Shown here piece after piece: positions 28,651-47,792 of a DNA stretch of 64,000 nt (positions within the stretch are counted from its first letter, which is position 1; the number at the start of each line of letters is the position of its first letter). Origin of the DNA: the human T2T-CHM13v2.0 reference genome, Homo sapiens; assembly GCF_009914755.1 (NCBI RefSeq), contig NC_060928.1. The stretch is one strand, 5' to 3'. Below the pieces are notes generated by a model, which saw nothing but the letters and a program-made list of their open reading frames with translations, was not told the DNA's origin and ran no database searches. A program made the position numbers and the translations under genes.

Positions 28651-29150
28651 TGTGTGTGGTAGTTTGTCTGCAAACATGGCCATCAACAATTTCTCCTACC
28701 CTATGCACTCATGCTGCTTCTCCCATCAAGTAGTCTATTTTCCCTTCCTTTTAACTGAGGTGGCCTGGTGACTTCCTTTAATCAATACAATGCATCCTGT
28801 GTGACTCTGCCACTTCCACACTTAGGCTTTAAGTGTTCTGGAAGCTTCCACCTTCAACATCTTTGAAGTCAGCCACTGTGCTGTACAAAAGCTCAGGCCA
28901 GACCACTGAATGATGAGAGCCATGTGGAGAGACACTCTAGAAGATGAGCTTCTCTGGAATGGTTTGGCCCCAGGTGTGCTTCGGGCTGAACATAGCCTCA
29001 TGAGTGACTTCAAATACAACAAGTGGAGTGGAAGAACCACCCAGCTAAATTCAGTCAACCTACAGAATCAAGAGAAATAATAGATCATTGTTATTTTAAG
29101 CTACTAAATTTTAGAGTGATTTTTTTTTTATGAAGCAAGAGAAAACTAAA
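28651..29150 (+). mobile_element. MLT1-type (MaLR) LTR
   Basis: tgtggtagtt...catggccatcaac; 3' end ttattttaagctactaaattttagagtgat. Confidence 0.55.
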
Positions 29151-29185
29151 ATATCTTGTGTAAATGTTTATTTTTATTTTTTTGA

Positions 29186-29389
<204 letters not shown>

Positions 29390-29446
29390 TGATGTCAAGT
29401 AATCTGCCAGGCTTGGCCTCTCAAAGTGCTGGGATTACAGGCGTGA

Positions 29447-29713
<267 letters not shown>

Positions 29714-29848
29714 TGAGCTCAGACGATCCACCCGCCTCAGCCTCCCAAAGTGCTAGGGTTACAGGCATGAGCCACCGTACCTGGCCATTTATGTATTTTT
29801 CAGTCTCCTGAGTGGCTAGACTATAGACATCCACCACTAGTCAGCTAA

Positions 29849-30004
<156 letters not shown>

Positions 30005-30140
30005 TGAGACTGTGATGATAATTTGGGACATCTGGTCTCCAAAGAGAAAGAAGCTGGATGGCTCATGGCCTGACAATTGATGTAGCTTTACTGAATGCTT
30101 TACAGATACGGAAAGCTAAGAGTAATGCAAAACTACAAGG

Positions 30141-31530
30141 GCTGCATAGTATTCCATGGAGTATATGTACCACATTTTCTTTATCTAGTCTTCCATTGAT
30201 GAGAGCATGTCCTTTGCAAGAATACGGATGGAGCTGGAGGCCATTATGTTACTGGTGGAAGGTATCTGAGTTACTGGTGGCAAATCTGTATGGGTCTGCA
30301 GCAACTTCAATTCTTACCTCCTCAGAAGAAAGAATTCAACTGAGAGGTATAAGGCAGAAAAGGAGACCGAAACAAATTTCAGAGCAGGAGTGGAAGTTTA
30401 TTTAAAAGGCTTTAGAACAGGAAAGAAAGAAAAGGAGAGTAGGCTTGTAAGAGACCCAAGCAGGCACTGAGATCAAGTGTGGTGTTTAACCTTGACCCTG
30501 GAACTTTATAGGCTGGCTTTCCCATGACTCTTCCCTTAGGATGGGCTGCCTACACACACAGCGCCCTCCTTATCTTTGGGTGCACGTGTTTAGGAAGTTG
30601 TACACATGCCCATCTGAAGCTTTCTCCCCTTTTTTGGTGGTGTTTTCTTGGAGGGTCATACTCCACCATTTTGTCTCTTAATGCGCATGCCTGGGAAGTT
30701 GCTTCGCCCTGGTGTCTGTATTCAATTAACACCTTAGTGCAAAAGGTGTGGACCATCAGGAAATGGCCTCTCCCTGGCACCGGCTGCCAATGTATCACTT
30801 TTAGAGAGGTGATGTGATAATTACTGAACCATCATCCACATTCCTAGTGGGTTGGGGAGTCTTCTCCTGACCCCTGCTCATGCCTAACTACCTGTAACAA
30901 TTATCCTTAGCAAACTAATCCAGGAACAGAAAACTGAATATGCATGTTTTCACTAACAAGTAGTAGCTAAATGACGAGAACACATGAACACAAAGAAAGG
31001 AACAACAGACACTGGTGTCTACAGGAGGGTGGAGGGTGGGAGGAGGGAGAGGATGAGGAAAAATAACTAATGGGTACTAGGCTTAATACCTGGGTGATGA
31101 AATAATCTGTACACCAAACCCCCATGACACAGACTTACCTATGTAACAAACCTGCACACGTATCCCTGAACTTAAAAATTAAAGTTTTTTATTTTACTTA
31201 TTTATTTATTTTTTAGACAGAGTCTCGCTGTGTTGCCCAGGCTGGAGTGCAGTGGCGCAATCTTGGCACACTGCGAACCTTTACCTCCCAGGTTCAAGCG
31301 ATTGTCCTGCCGCAGCCTCCCAAGTAGCTAGGACTACAGGCACCTGCCACCACGCCTGGCTATTTTTTTTTGTATTTTTAGTAGAGATGGGTTTCACTAT
31401 GTTGGCCAGGCTGGTCTTGAACTCCTGACCTGGTGATCCACCCACCTCGGCCTCCCAAAGTGCTGAGATTACAGGTGTGAGCCACTGGGCCCGGCCTAAA
31501 ATTAAAGTTAAAAACAAAACAAAACAAAAA
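30141..31530 (+). mobile_element. 5'-truncated, 5'-inverted L1PA element carrying a nested MER51 LTR and an Alu
   Basis: Antisense L1 piece 30141-30201, then sense L1 3' end (gagctggaggccatta|tccttagcaaactaa...gaacttaaaa); TSD AAAACTA(C/T)AAGGGC at ~30129 and ~31528. Confidence 0.8.
30247..30899 (-). mobile_element. Solo MER51-type LTR inserted in L1
   Basis: TG...CA termini; TSD ATTA at 30243-30246 and 30900-30903; MER51-like sequence. Confidence 0.78.
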
Positions 31531-32051
31531 ACTATAAGGGCCAGACCCTTACTCAGGGTCTTTTATGGAACTTTCTCTGACTGGCCCCAAACCAACACTG
31601 CTATAGCCCAAGTCTCAGTCCCACTACTACTGTGTGTAGCGTTAAGATTCTCTACTCTCAGAGTCTAAGCCGAATGGCAGAAGACAAGATAAAGGAAAGG
31701 TTTTCCTTCCTCCTTCTAATGAAAGGTGCACTGCCCCACATTATTTTCTGTTCTAGAATCCGTCTCCCCTCAGGAGGACTGCCACACCTCCAAGGGAAGA
31801 ACTGCACCATCACAGAGGGTGTGGTCTTGCCCTCCACAACTCTCTTAGACCAATTGCCTCAGAACCCATTGAACATTTCTCTTTCTTCTTTCTTTCTCTT
31901 TCTTTCTTTCTTTCTTTTCTTTCTTTCCTTCCTTCTTTCTTTCCTTCTTTCTTTCCTTTCCTTCTCTCTTTCTTTTCTTTCCTTTCTTCTTTCTTTTCTT
32001 TCTTTCTTCTTTCTCTGTCTCTCTCTCTCCCTTTCTCTCTCTTTTTTTTGA

Positions 32052-32213
<162 letters not shown>

Positions 32214-32670
32214 TAGATGGGGTTTCTCCATGTTGGCCAGGCTGGTCTCGAACTCCTGGTCTCAAATGATCCACCCGCCCCAGACTCCCAACATGCTGGG
32301 ATTACAGGTGTGAGCCACTGTACCCAGCCCCACTGAATATTTTGCTTAAATCTTTGGCACCCTTTAACAAGGTAATGGCATTTGATGCCCTTTTAAGTAA
32401 ATTAATTAACAACACATTTACATCCCAACTAAAAGAAAGTACTAGAATATATGAATGAGGATTTTGTATAAGTAGCTGAATAGTGGGATTGGGAAGTAGT
32501 ATAAATAGCACTCGGAAAATCAGGTTTTAGTATACCAGTAATATATATGTCTATAGAACCCCATTATAAACCTGTTACATTTTAGTGGGAAGTCATTAAA
32601 GCCTGCAAAAATGAGGAATGTACCCAATAGGCAGAACCGGAGACTATGATTTTAAAAACTATTTAATGTA

Positions 32671-33477
32671 GGCTGTGAAGAACTTTGCATTGTGAGAACT
32701 CCTTCCTTTCTTGCTCCCTGGCTATCTTGGTGGCTGCTCTTGACTGGGGGGCATCGCATCTCTAAGGCAGGAAGATGCTGGCTGCAGTGAAGATGAAAAA
32801 GTCACTAGAGTTGATAAACTCTAGGTTCCAACTCATTGTGAAAAGTGGATAGTACATGCTGGGATGCAAGCAGACTCTGAATATGATCAGACAAGGCAAA
32901 GCGAAATCAGTTGACCTCACCACAACTGCCCAGCTTTGAGGAAATATAAAATAAAGTACAATGCCACACTGGCCAAAACTGGTGTCCATCACCACAGTGG
33001 CAATAATTTGGAATTGGGCACAGGTTGGGGAAAATACTGCACACACTGGCTATCATTGACCCCATTCTGATATCATTAGTAGCATGCCAGAGCAGACTGG
33101 TGAAAAGTAAAACAAGCACAATTTTTCTTTTTCTTTTTTTCTTTTTCTTTTTTTTTTTGTCCAGGCTGGAGTGCAGTGGCATGTGATCTTGGATCACTGC
33201 AAGCCCTGCCTCCTAGGTTCAAGCAATTCTCTCTCCTGCCTCAGCCTCCCAAGTAGTTAGGATTATAGGCGCCTGCCACCATGCCCAGCTAAGTTTTGTA
33301 TTTTTAATAGAGAAGAGGTTTCACCATGTTGGCCAGGCTAGTTTTGAACTCCTGACCTCAAGTGATCTGCCCGCCTCGGCCTCCCAAAGTGCTGGGATTA
33401 CAGGCATCAGCCACCGTGCCCAGCCATCAAGCAAAATTTTTCTTTAATAAAACTTGCCTCAGCTTGTTTCAAACAAA
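32671..33477 (+). pseudogene. Processed pseudogene of RPL30 (probably RPL30P5), with an Alu inserted in its 3' UTR
   Basis: ATG 32775 to TAA 33110 is a degenerate [20 protein letters not shown]...IIRSMPEQTGEK with an in-frame stop and indels; RPL30-like 5' UTR; AATAAA at ~33446 after the Alu. Confidence 0.9.
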
Positions 33478-34609
33478 TATTTAACATAAAAGTGAAGTCA
33501 TAATTTTTTAAGAAGAATAAACTATGGTACAAGTGGCCCAATTTCCAAAAATTAGACTCTTCCCCCAAACTTTTTTTCTTTATTAATCGGAGAAAGAAAC
33601 CAGTGATATACCACTGGGCATATTTTGAAGGTTGCATATATGCTACAATATTGTCTCATGCATTTGGACTTTTCAGGTTTTTTTCTTAAGATGGTCATTT
33701 TTTTCTTCACTCATATATTTTTCATCCCTATTTCATTTTATTTATTTCTGAGATGGAGTCTCGCTTTGTCGCATTGGCTGGAGTGCAGTGGCACAATGAT
33801 GGCTCACTGAAACTTTGAACTCCTAGGCTCAAGCAATCCTCTCACCTTGGCCTCCCAAAGTGCTGTGCTGGGATTACAGGTGTGATCTACTGCACCCGGC
33901 CTATTTATGTGTGTGTGTTTTTGTGTGTGCGTTTGAGACAGGGTCTTGCTCTGTTACCCAGGCGGGAGTGCAGTGGCACAATCATGACTCTGCACGGCCT
34001 CAACCTACCAGGATCCAGTGATCCTCCCATCTCAGCTTCCCAAGTAGCTGAGACCACAGGCATGTGGCACCACACCTGGCTAATAAAAAGATTTTTTTGT
34101 AGAGACAGAGTCTTCCTATGTTGCCTAAGCTCTATTTATGTTTTAAATTAATCTTTGCTCATTACTGTGGTGAGTTACTCTTCACAGAAATGCATCAGGA
34201 AATTGAAACAGACTTTTTTGTAATGTAAAAGTTGTGATTGGCTGGCTGGGGCTGGGGGCAGGGGCAGGGGCAGGAAGTGGAGAAGTACTGTGTGTCTGTT
34301 GTGTTTGTACACTATTTCATTTCATAACAAACCACTATTCTACTATATCAAAGTCATAGATTAAAAAATTTAGGCTCACAGAAGTTATTTGCTGAAGGCC
34401 ATGCTCACTTCAGACCAGACACTTTGCATTCATTGTATTACATAATTTTGTCTCACTAAGGTCCTAAGAGATGCTGTACTTTTCCTGTTTAGGAAGAAAC
34501 TGAGGCTTAATGCTTTCCTTCAACTCAAACTCACTGTTATCTGACTCTAAGGTCTGCACCTTCACCTGAGTTCACTGTGAGTGAACCTGTAGCCTGGGGA
34601 CAGAGATCT

Positions 34610-35027
34610 TGTTACTGAAACATGAGTGGTTTGGTCTAGGTCCTGCTGCTTGCTGCATAGAAAGCCAATCACTGAAACGACGAGTATCACCAAGGAAGAA
34701 AGCTTTAGTCAGATGCTGCAGCCAAGGAGATGTGAGCTCAGTCTCAAGTCCATCTCCCTGACTACTAAAATGCCAGGTTTATATATCAGGGACGAAGTGT
34801 AACAATGTGTAAGAAAACAAGAACTGGGGAGGGGCAAGGAAGCAGTCACCTGGTGCCGTGATCTGGTGACTTTCAGTTCTTTGATACTTATATTTTGAGA
34901 GGCCTGAAGGACCTTTCCTGAGGAAGGAACTCTGATAAAATAAATATAACCTTCAAGCTGAGACCAGAAGGGTCAATTTCTGTGTTAATCAAAAAGAATA
35001 GTCTATGAGACTATTGGGCCAGTTTCA
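34610..35027 (-). mobile_element. Solo ERV1 LTR (LTR26-like)
   Basis: Minus strand reads TGAAACTGGCCCAATAGTC...TAACA; 4-bp TSD ATCT at 34606-34609 and 35028-35031. Confidence 0.65.
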
Positions 35028-35044
35028 ATCTTTTTTTTTTTTTT

Positions 35045-35359
35045 GGAGCAACATGCTGTTTTAATGAGCACTTGGGTGCAGGCGGGCTGAGGCCTAAAAT
35101 GGTGTCAGCCCCAAGTGAAGATGAGGCAAAGATTTTATAAACAGGAAGTGTCCTAGTCTGACGTAACTGCTACGTCGTACCTGGATGGCCTCTTTCTTGA
35201 GCTTCAGGCGTACGTGACTTCCGGCTGGCTCTCTTCCTGCTTCTGCTGTCTTGCTGACACACGCTGCTGATGCAGGTGGCCTTGCGCCTTGGGACTGGGC
35301 CTGAGCAGGCAGGAGTCACTCATCCCCTTAGGCTTTCAGGCCCTGGGGAGAATCTTACA
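35045..35359 (-). repeat. 3' LTR remnant, U3-R only (MER48), followed by poly(A)
   Basis: Begins TGTAAGATTCTC; TATAAAA; ATTAAA at 35065-35060; ends GTTGCTCC then an A run; no U5. Confidence 0.88.
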
Positions 35360-35544
35360 TTCTTGTCTATTTGGTTATAGCAAAGGGAAAAGGAATGACT
35401 TTCTCAATAACTACTTCAGGCATGACATAGGGGGTGGCGTGGACACCTTGGAAAAAGAAAACCTTAATTTTTTGGGTATTCTTGAGAGATGGGTTGGTAG
35501 CCACCACGTCGTTCTAGCAGGAGCATTGTTTGGATTGTCTGGAA

Positions 35545-38330
35545 ACACATCTGTGCCTGCAAGACAGTTATGTTGAGAGGACAAGGCGGTGTTGACAGGG
35601 AGAGGCATGGCCTCATTTGCTGCTTCACAAATGAAAGACCATGTCTGGATTAAGGAAGGGAGGTAATTCTTGAGTGGCTCAGAGTCTGGTAAGGGTGGAG
35701 GCCCCAAAACAAAAGTTTGGCCATACATGATTTCAAAGGGACTATAAAAAGAGGATGTCTTTGGTGTTGTGCAGAGTCTCATGAGGGCAAAAGGGAGATT
35801 TTTTTGTTCACGACTGGTGGGTGTCTAGAGCCAGCTTGGTGAGTTGGGCTTTAAGGACAGAGATAACTTTTTAAACTTTGCCTGAAGATTGAGGCCTGTA
35901 GGGTGTGTGGAGGACCCATTTTATACCTAAGGATGTAGAGACGCCTTGGGTAATTTGGCTGGTGAAGGCAGGTCCGTTATCGGACTGGATGGCTATTGGG
36001 AGTCCGAAACCGGGAATTATATGCATGATGAGAGTTTGTGTGACAATATTTGCACTTTCTGAAGTTTGTGAAGTTGTTGGGAATGCTTCTACCCACCCGG
36101 AGAAAGTACAGACAAAGACTAGAAGATAGCAGAGCTGTTTATCGGGTGGCATGTGAGTGAAGTCTACTTGCCAATCTTGCCCAGGTACCTGGCCCTGGGC
36201 TTGGTGGGTAGGAAAAGTCCGAGGCAGGAGGGAGCCCTGGGGTGACACTGAGTGGCAGATAGAGCAGGACTGGGTAATTTCTCAAACACGGCTGGAAAGG
36301 TGAGGACAAGTGAGAATAGGGCGGAGAAGTTGCAGGAGAGGTTTGTAACCAACATGGAAAGAGTTGTGGAGGCTTTGGAGGTGAGGAAGGCTTTGAGAGT
36401 GAGGAAGAATAAAGCTCCGTTTCTTGACATACCATGGTCCTTGCTTTTGAAGGTTTTGGGCCCGGAAGTCCTCCTTTTCTTCTGAGGAGTAAAGAGGAGA
36501 GAACAAGGATAGGGACAGAGCATGGCTGGGTTTAGATGGGAGCTGGTTAGCATGGTGATGTGGGGAGTTTCAATGAATAGAGCATACAGTTGGAGGAGCT
36601 GTGGGGCAGAGAAGAGACTTAGTACACTGCGGTGAGCCAGCATGTCTTTGATGTTATCGGTTGAATAAACTGTTAGGTTGGCATGGACAGAAAGTTTTAG
36701 GCTTTCAAGGCCTAAAAGGAGAGCAGCTGCCACCAATGCTCAGAGACAGGCAGGCCATCCGGGAACTGTGGCTTTAAGCTGTTTAGAGAGGTAGGCAACA
36801 ACCTGGAGAGTGGGTCCCTTAGACTGGGTTAGAACGCCTAATGCAACTCCACGCCGTTCATCGCTATAGAGGGAGAAAGGTTTGGTGAGGTCTGGGAGAG
36901 TGAGGAGAGGGGCTGAGATGAGAGCCTTTTGGAGTAGATGGAAAGGTTGGGTAATAGGCTGTGCAGGGTTTGAAGGCCCATGGAGAGGGCCTTTAGTGGC
37001 TTGGCATAACGGTTTGGCAAGTAGAGCAAAGGAGGGAACCCAGAGTCTAAAATATCCTGCTAGTCCTAGAAAAGAGAGAATGTCTTGCTTAGTTTGTGGA
37101 GGCGGGAGGGACTGGAGGAGGGATACGTGGTCGGTTGTGAGCCCTCAGGTTAGCGGGGTAAGGGCTAGGCCTAGATAGTGAATGAGGGGGTGCATATTTG
37201 TGCTTTCTTAGGGGAGACCTGATACCCCTGTTCTGCCAAGAAGTTTAAAAGAGAGAGATACTATGGGCGTTGCAGTCTCTTTGGGAGGGGCTACACAGGA
37301 GCAGATCATTAACACATTGAAGGAGAGTGGACAGTTTTAGGGATAAGGTACAGAGGTCACAAGCAAGGGCCTGTCTGAAAAGGTGGGCGCTGTCTCTGAA
37401 ACCTTGAGGTAGTACGCACCAGGTGAGTGGACGTGAAATGTGGGTGTCAGGGTTTTCCCACGTAAAGGCAAAGAGGTTTTGGGAATCAGGGTGTAAAGGA
37501 ATTGTGAAAAAGCATCCTTTAAGTTTAGGACAGAAAAATGGGTGGTATTGGAGGGAACTGCGGAAAGTGAAGTACATGGGTTAGGAACTACTGGACATAC
37601 TGGGAGTACAGCTTGGTTAATGAGCCTGAGGTCCTGGACTAAGTGATTAAGTTCCATCTGGCTCTTTAACAGGTAGAATTGGTGTGTTACAAGGGGAGTT
37701 TGTTGGGCAGAATAGATGACTGGTGAGGAGGTGAGAAATGATAGGCTTTAGGCATATGAGAGCTGCTTGGGGGATGGGATACTGCTTCTGTGATAGGAAA
37801 TGGGTGGGCTGTTTAAGGGTAATGTGGACGGGGCTATGGTGTTCTGCGACTGAGGGTGTGGAAGTATCCCAAAAAGCGGGGTTAACTACGGATGGGGGAT
37901 AAGAAAAGGTTGCATGTTTTAAGGTGGGAGGTTGGAGGAGTAGAAGAAAGTTAGAAGCCCCAGAGGGGTCTGGGTTGATGTGTTGGATACGATGGGGAAC
38001 GTGGAAGTGGAGAGTATTGTGAAGTTTTGAAAGGATATCTCTGCCTAGGAGCGGAGATGGGCTCGAGGGCAGGACTAAGAAAGAGTGAGTGAAGGAAAAG
38101 GTGTTCAGGGAGCAGAAAAATGAAGTGGGGGGCTCGGGGTTTGGAGACTTCTCTATCAATTCCCACAACAGAGACTTGGGAGGACTGGATGGGTCTTGAA
38201 AAATTAGGTAAAGCAGAGTAGTAGGTTGCTCGGTATTAATTAAAAAAACATACTGGCCTACCCGCCACCATCAGGGTTACCCTTGGCTTGGATGAAGCGA
38301 TGGTAGTTGCCGGGGTGTCCGTTCCAGGGC
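35545..38330 (-). pseudogene. Defective ERV pro-pol (protease, RT, connection, integrase; RNase H apparently deleted)
   Basis: PLLGRDIL (protease), LVQDLRLIN, LPQGFRDS, CVNDLLL (degenerate YVDD), WQVDFTHMP, IQSDNGPAF, HTPYRPQSSGKV; multiple frameshifts. Confidence 0.88.
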
Positions 38331-38334
38331 ACCA

Positions 38335-40053
38335 TCAGTCTTCAGCGGCTAGGCCAATGAGATCCGGGTAGGAGGTTCTGGCCAGCTCAGGAAGGGATGG
38401 GGCAGTCCTTGCGGGGGCTGCTCACAGTCCCACTGCCAGTGGGGTCCTCTGCAGAGGGGGCACGGCTTGGTGGTCTTACTTGGGTTTGGGCATTGTTTGG
38501 ACAAGTGGCCTTCATTGCCGCACTTGAAACAGGTGCCAAGTGGAGGTGGATTGCTAGGAGGCTTCTGTGTGGAGCTGTGGCCTCGTGGGCCTGCAGGGCC
38601 TCTAATGGCAGAGGCAAGCATTTGAAACTCTGCGTGTTTTTGCCTTTTACTTTCCTCATCATGATTGTTAAAGACTTTGAAGGCTAAATTAAGAAGGTCT
38701 CGTTGTGGGGTTTGAGGGCTGTCGTCAAGTTTCTGAAGCTTGCACCAAATATCGGGGGTGGATTGGGAGATGAACCAAAGGTTTAAAATGGTGGTTCCTT
38801 CTGGGCTGACTGGGTCTAGGTTGGTATATTTTCTCATGGTTTCAGTTAAATGAGAGAGAAAAAGGGCTGGGTTTTTGTCAGGACCTTGGGTGATTTCTGA
38901 AAGTTTTTCATAGTTTACTGCTTTATGGGAACCCTTTTTGAGTCCTGCAAGAAGACACACAATCATGTGGTCTTGATGGCGGCATCCAGAGGCCCCCGTT
39001 TTGATAATCCCAGTGGGGGTCCTGGTTGGGGACCCCCTTTGCACCAGTAGGCTGGGCAGGAGCTTGGTGATGAATTGTATCAGCGTATACCTGAGCTAGG
39101 GTCCAGATATGGTCCCAGTCTTCTGGGGTGAGGGTGGAAGAGAGGATAATGTAGAGGTCATGCCAGGTTAGTTCATAAGACTGCATAAGGTACTGAAACT
39201 CCCAAATATAAGAGGTCGGGTCTTCTGAAAATGAACTGAGTCTTTTGTTAATTTGAGAGAGATCAGTGAGGGAGAAGGGAACATGAACTCTAACAATACC
39301 TTCAGTTCCTGCTACTTCCTGAAGGGGGCACTCTAGCACAGGAGCTGAAGTAAGAATGGGGCATGGGCCAAAGATGGCGCCTGAGCCAGTATGGGCAGGA
39401 GAGAAGGAAGAACTTGGAAGTGGTTCCTGCTGAGGGTTTGAAGGGGGAAGGGGAGTTAACAGGCAGTGGAGGATAGATAGGGGCGTAAGGTGGTGGAATG
39501 GGTTTACAAACCTCAGGAGAGGGCAGTAGAGGAGGAGAATGGGTACAGGCAATACTAGAATTGCCCTGAGGAGGGGATGGTGTAGGAAAAGAAGTGGATA
39601 CAGCTGACTGGGAAGATGGTGGCTGGGAAGATGATCACTGGGAAGACGTTGGCTGGGAAAATGGCAGCTGGGAAGATGGCGGCTGAGAAGATAACAAGGA
39701 GGCTTGGGGGGTTAAAGAAGATGATTGAGAGGAAGGGGTAGGGGCTGGGAGGGGTGAACAGCAGTCAGCTAGATTGAACGAGGGAAAAAGAGGTAGGGTC
39801 GGGAGGAGAAAGGCTATCAGGGCGGTGAGAATGGAGGAGAAGGATTTGAACAGATAAGCAAGAATTGCAGAGGTCAGGTTGTGAGCTGAATGCAAAAAGG
39901 CCTGGACATAAGGAATTTCTCCCCATTTCTCCAGACGTTGGCAATAATTGCTTAAGTCAGTTAAAACTGTAAACTCGAATGTTCCATTGTGGGCCATTTG
40001 GAGAGGCAGCCTAGAGGGTTGTTTTTTGGAATGTAGGACCAGGAGTTTCCCAT
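38335..40053 (-). pseudogene. Defective ERV gag
   Basis: MGNSWSYIPKNNPLGCL start; CA-like VRVHVPFSLTDLSQI and MHR-like ITQGPDKNPALFL; zinc knuckles CFKCGNEGHLSKQC and CPLCRGPHWQWDC; frameshifted. Confidence 0.85.
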
Positions 40054-40480
40054 AACTGAGGGTAGGCTCGGGAGAACAGGGAAAAGTAGACCATCCTGGA
40101 CAGCCGGAGGGAGACAATGAAAGGAGCAATCATCACCGCTGCCTTTTTCGTTTGGGAACAGGATCAAATGGCTTAGAGGTGTCCCCCTAAGACCAGATGA
40201 TCAGCAAGTGCCTGGCACACATGGGAGCCTTCTTGGACCAATGTTGGATTTTCGTACCGGAGAAACCAAGAGAAGCCGTGCAGATTTTCCCCTGTAAACC
40301 AAACCAGGCTCCCGGGGAAACTTACCAGTAGGCGAGTCCAGTGATGGATGTGCATGCACAGAGAGGTGACTGGAGGCTGAGGAGCTTCCTTTGTCTGGCT
40401 ACTGTGGCCTGCTTTCTGGGGTGGAGGGGTAGGTCCATAGGGGATGCAGACCTGAACCCCTCCCGGGTTTCGGCACCAGA

Positions 40481-40607
40481 TGTAAGAGTCTTGTATCGGT
40501 CTGAACCCTGAGAGCGAGCTGACAGACAATATGGGGCGGTGTGGAGCAACATGCTGTTTTAATGAGCGCCTGGGTACAGGCAGGCTCAGGCCTAAAATGG
40601 CGTTAGC
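40481..40607 (-). repeat. 5' LTR remnant, R-U5 only (MER48)
   Basis: Begins at GCTAACGCCATTTTAGG (R start) and ends ...CTTACA just before the PBS; no U3. Confidence 0.88.
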
Positions 40608-41028
40608 GGGCCAGTTTCAATCTTAAGCACATTGTTGACAAATAGACCACTTTCCAATTTAGGGCAGCACTATTTGCAGCTCTCTACCTTATGACCTCTT
40701 ACTACAAATAAGACTTATGCAGTGATGATCAAAACTTGGGGAAAGGGTTGCCTGAGCTGAAAGAGAAAACTAAAATATATTTTGGAATCTCATTTTGAGT
40801 CAATTGTGAACTGTTTCTTTGTTGTGGGAAATCATGTGAATGGACCCTTTAATTGCACAAATGTAAAGCAAGCACTTATCCTTCATTTTTAGGAGGAAAC
40901 TGAAAGAAAAGATTGTAGATGTTTTAGACATAAGTGGTGGGCAGTGCCAATTTTAAGTAATTGTGTATGGTTAAATGATTACTGTGCCCTGGGACTCATT
41001 TACTTCTGTGTTGAAAGATGTTTCTTGA

Positions 41029-44325
<3,297 letters not shown>

Positions 44326-44356
44326 GAACTGCCCCTCAGGAGCACTTTTATAAAGT

Positions 44357-47792
<3,436 letters not shown>

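Larger units (their letters stand above)
35033..40607 (-). mobile_element. HERV-Fb/HERVH48 (MER48 LTR) processed retrocopy: R-U5-PBS-gag-pro-pol(deleted)-env remnant-U3-R-poly(A)
   Basis: tRNA-Phe PBS TGGTGCCGAAACCCGGGA at 40478-40461; MER48-type LTR pieces; gag/pro/RT/IN homology in the ORF track; poly(A) and 17-bp TSD. Confidence 0.9.

Noticed and set aside
38349-39552. 231-aa and 209-aa ORFs as a possible domesticated Gag
   Set aside because: They are frameshift-separated pieces of one decayed gag, the RT active site is degenerate (CVND), and there is no 5' U3 promoter.
40461-40478. tRNA-Phe 3'-end match
   Set aside because: Only 18 nt and adjacent to U5; it is the retroviral primer-binding site, not a tRNA gene.
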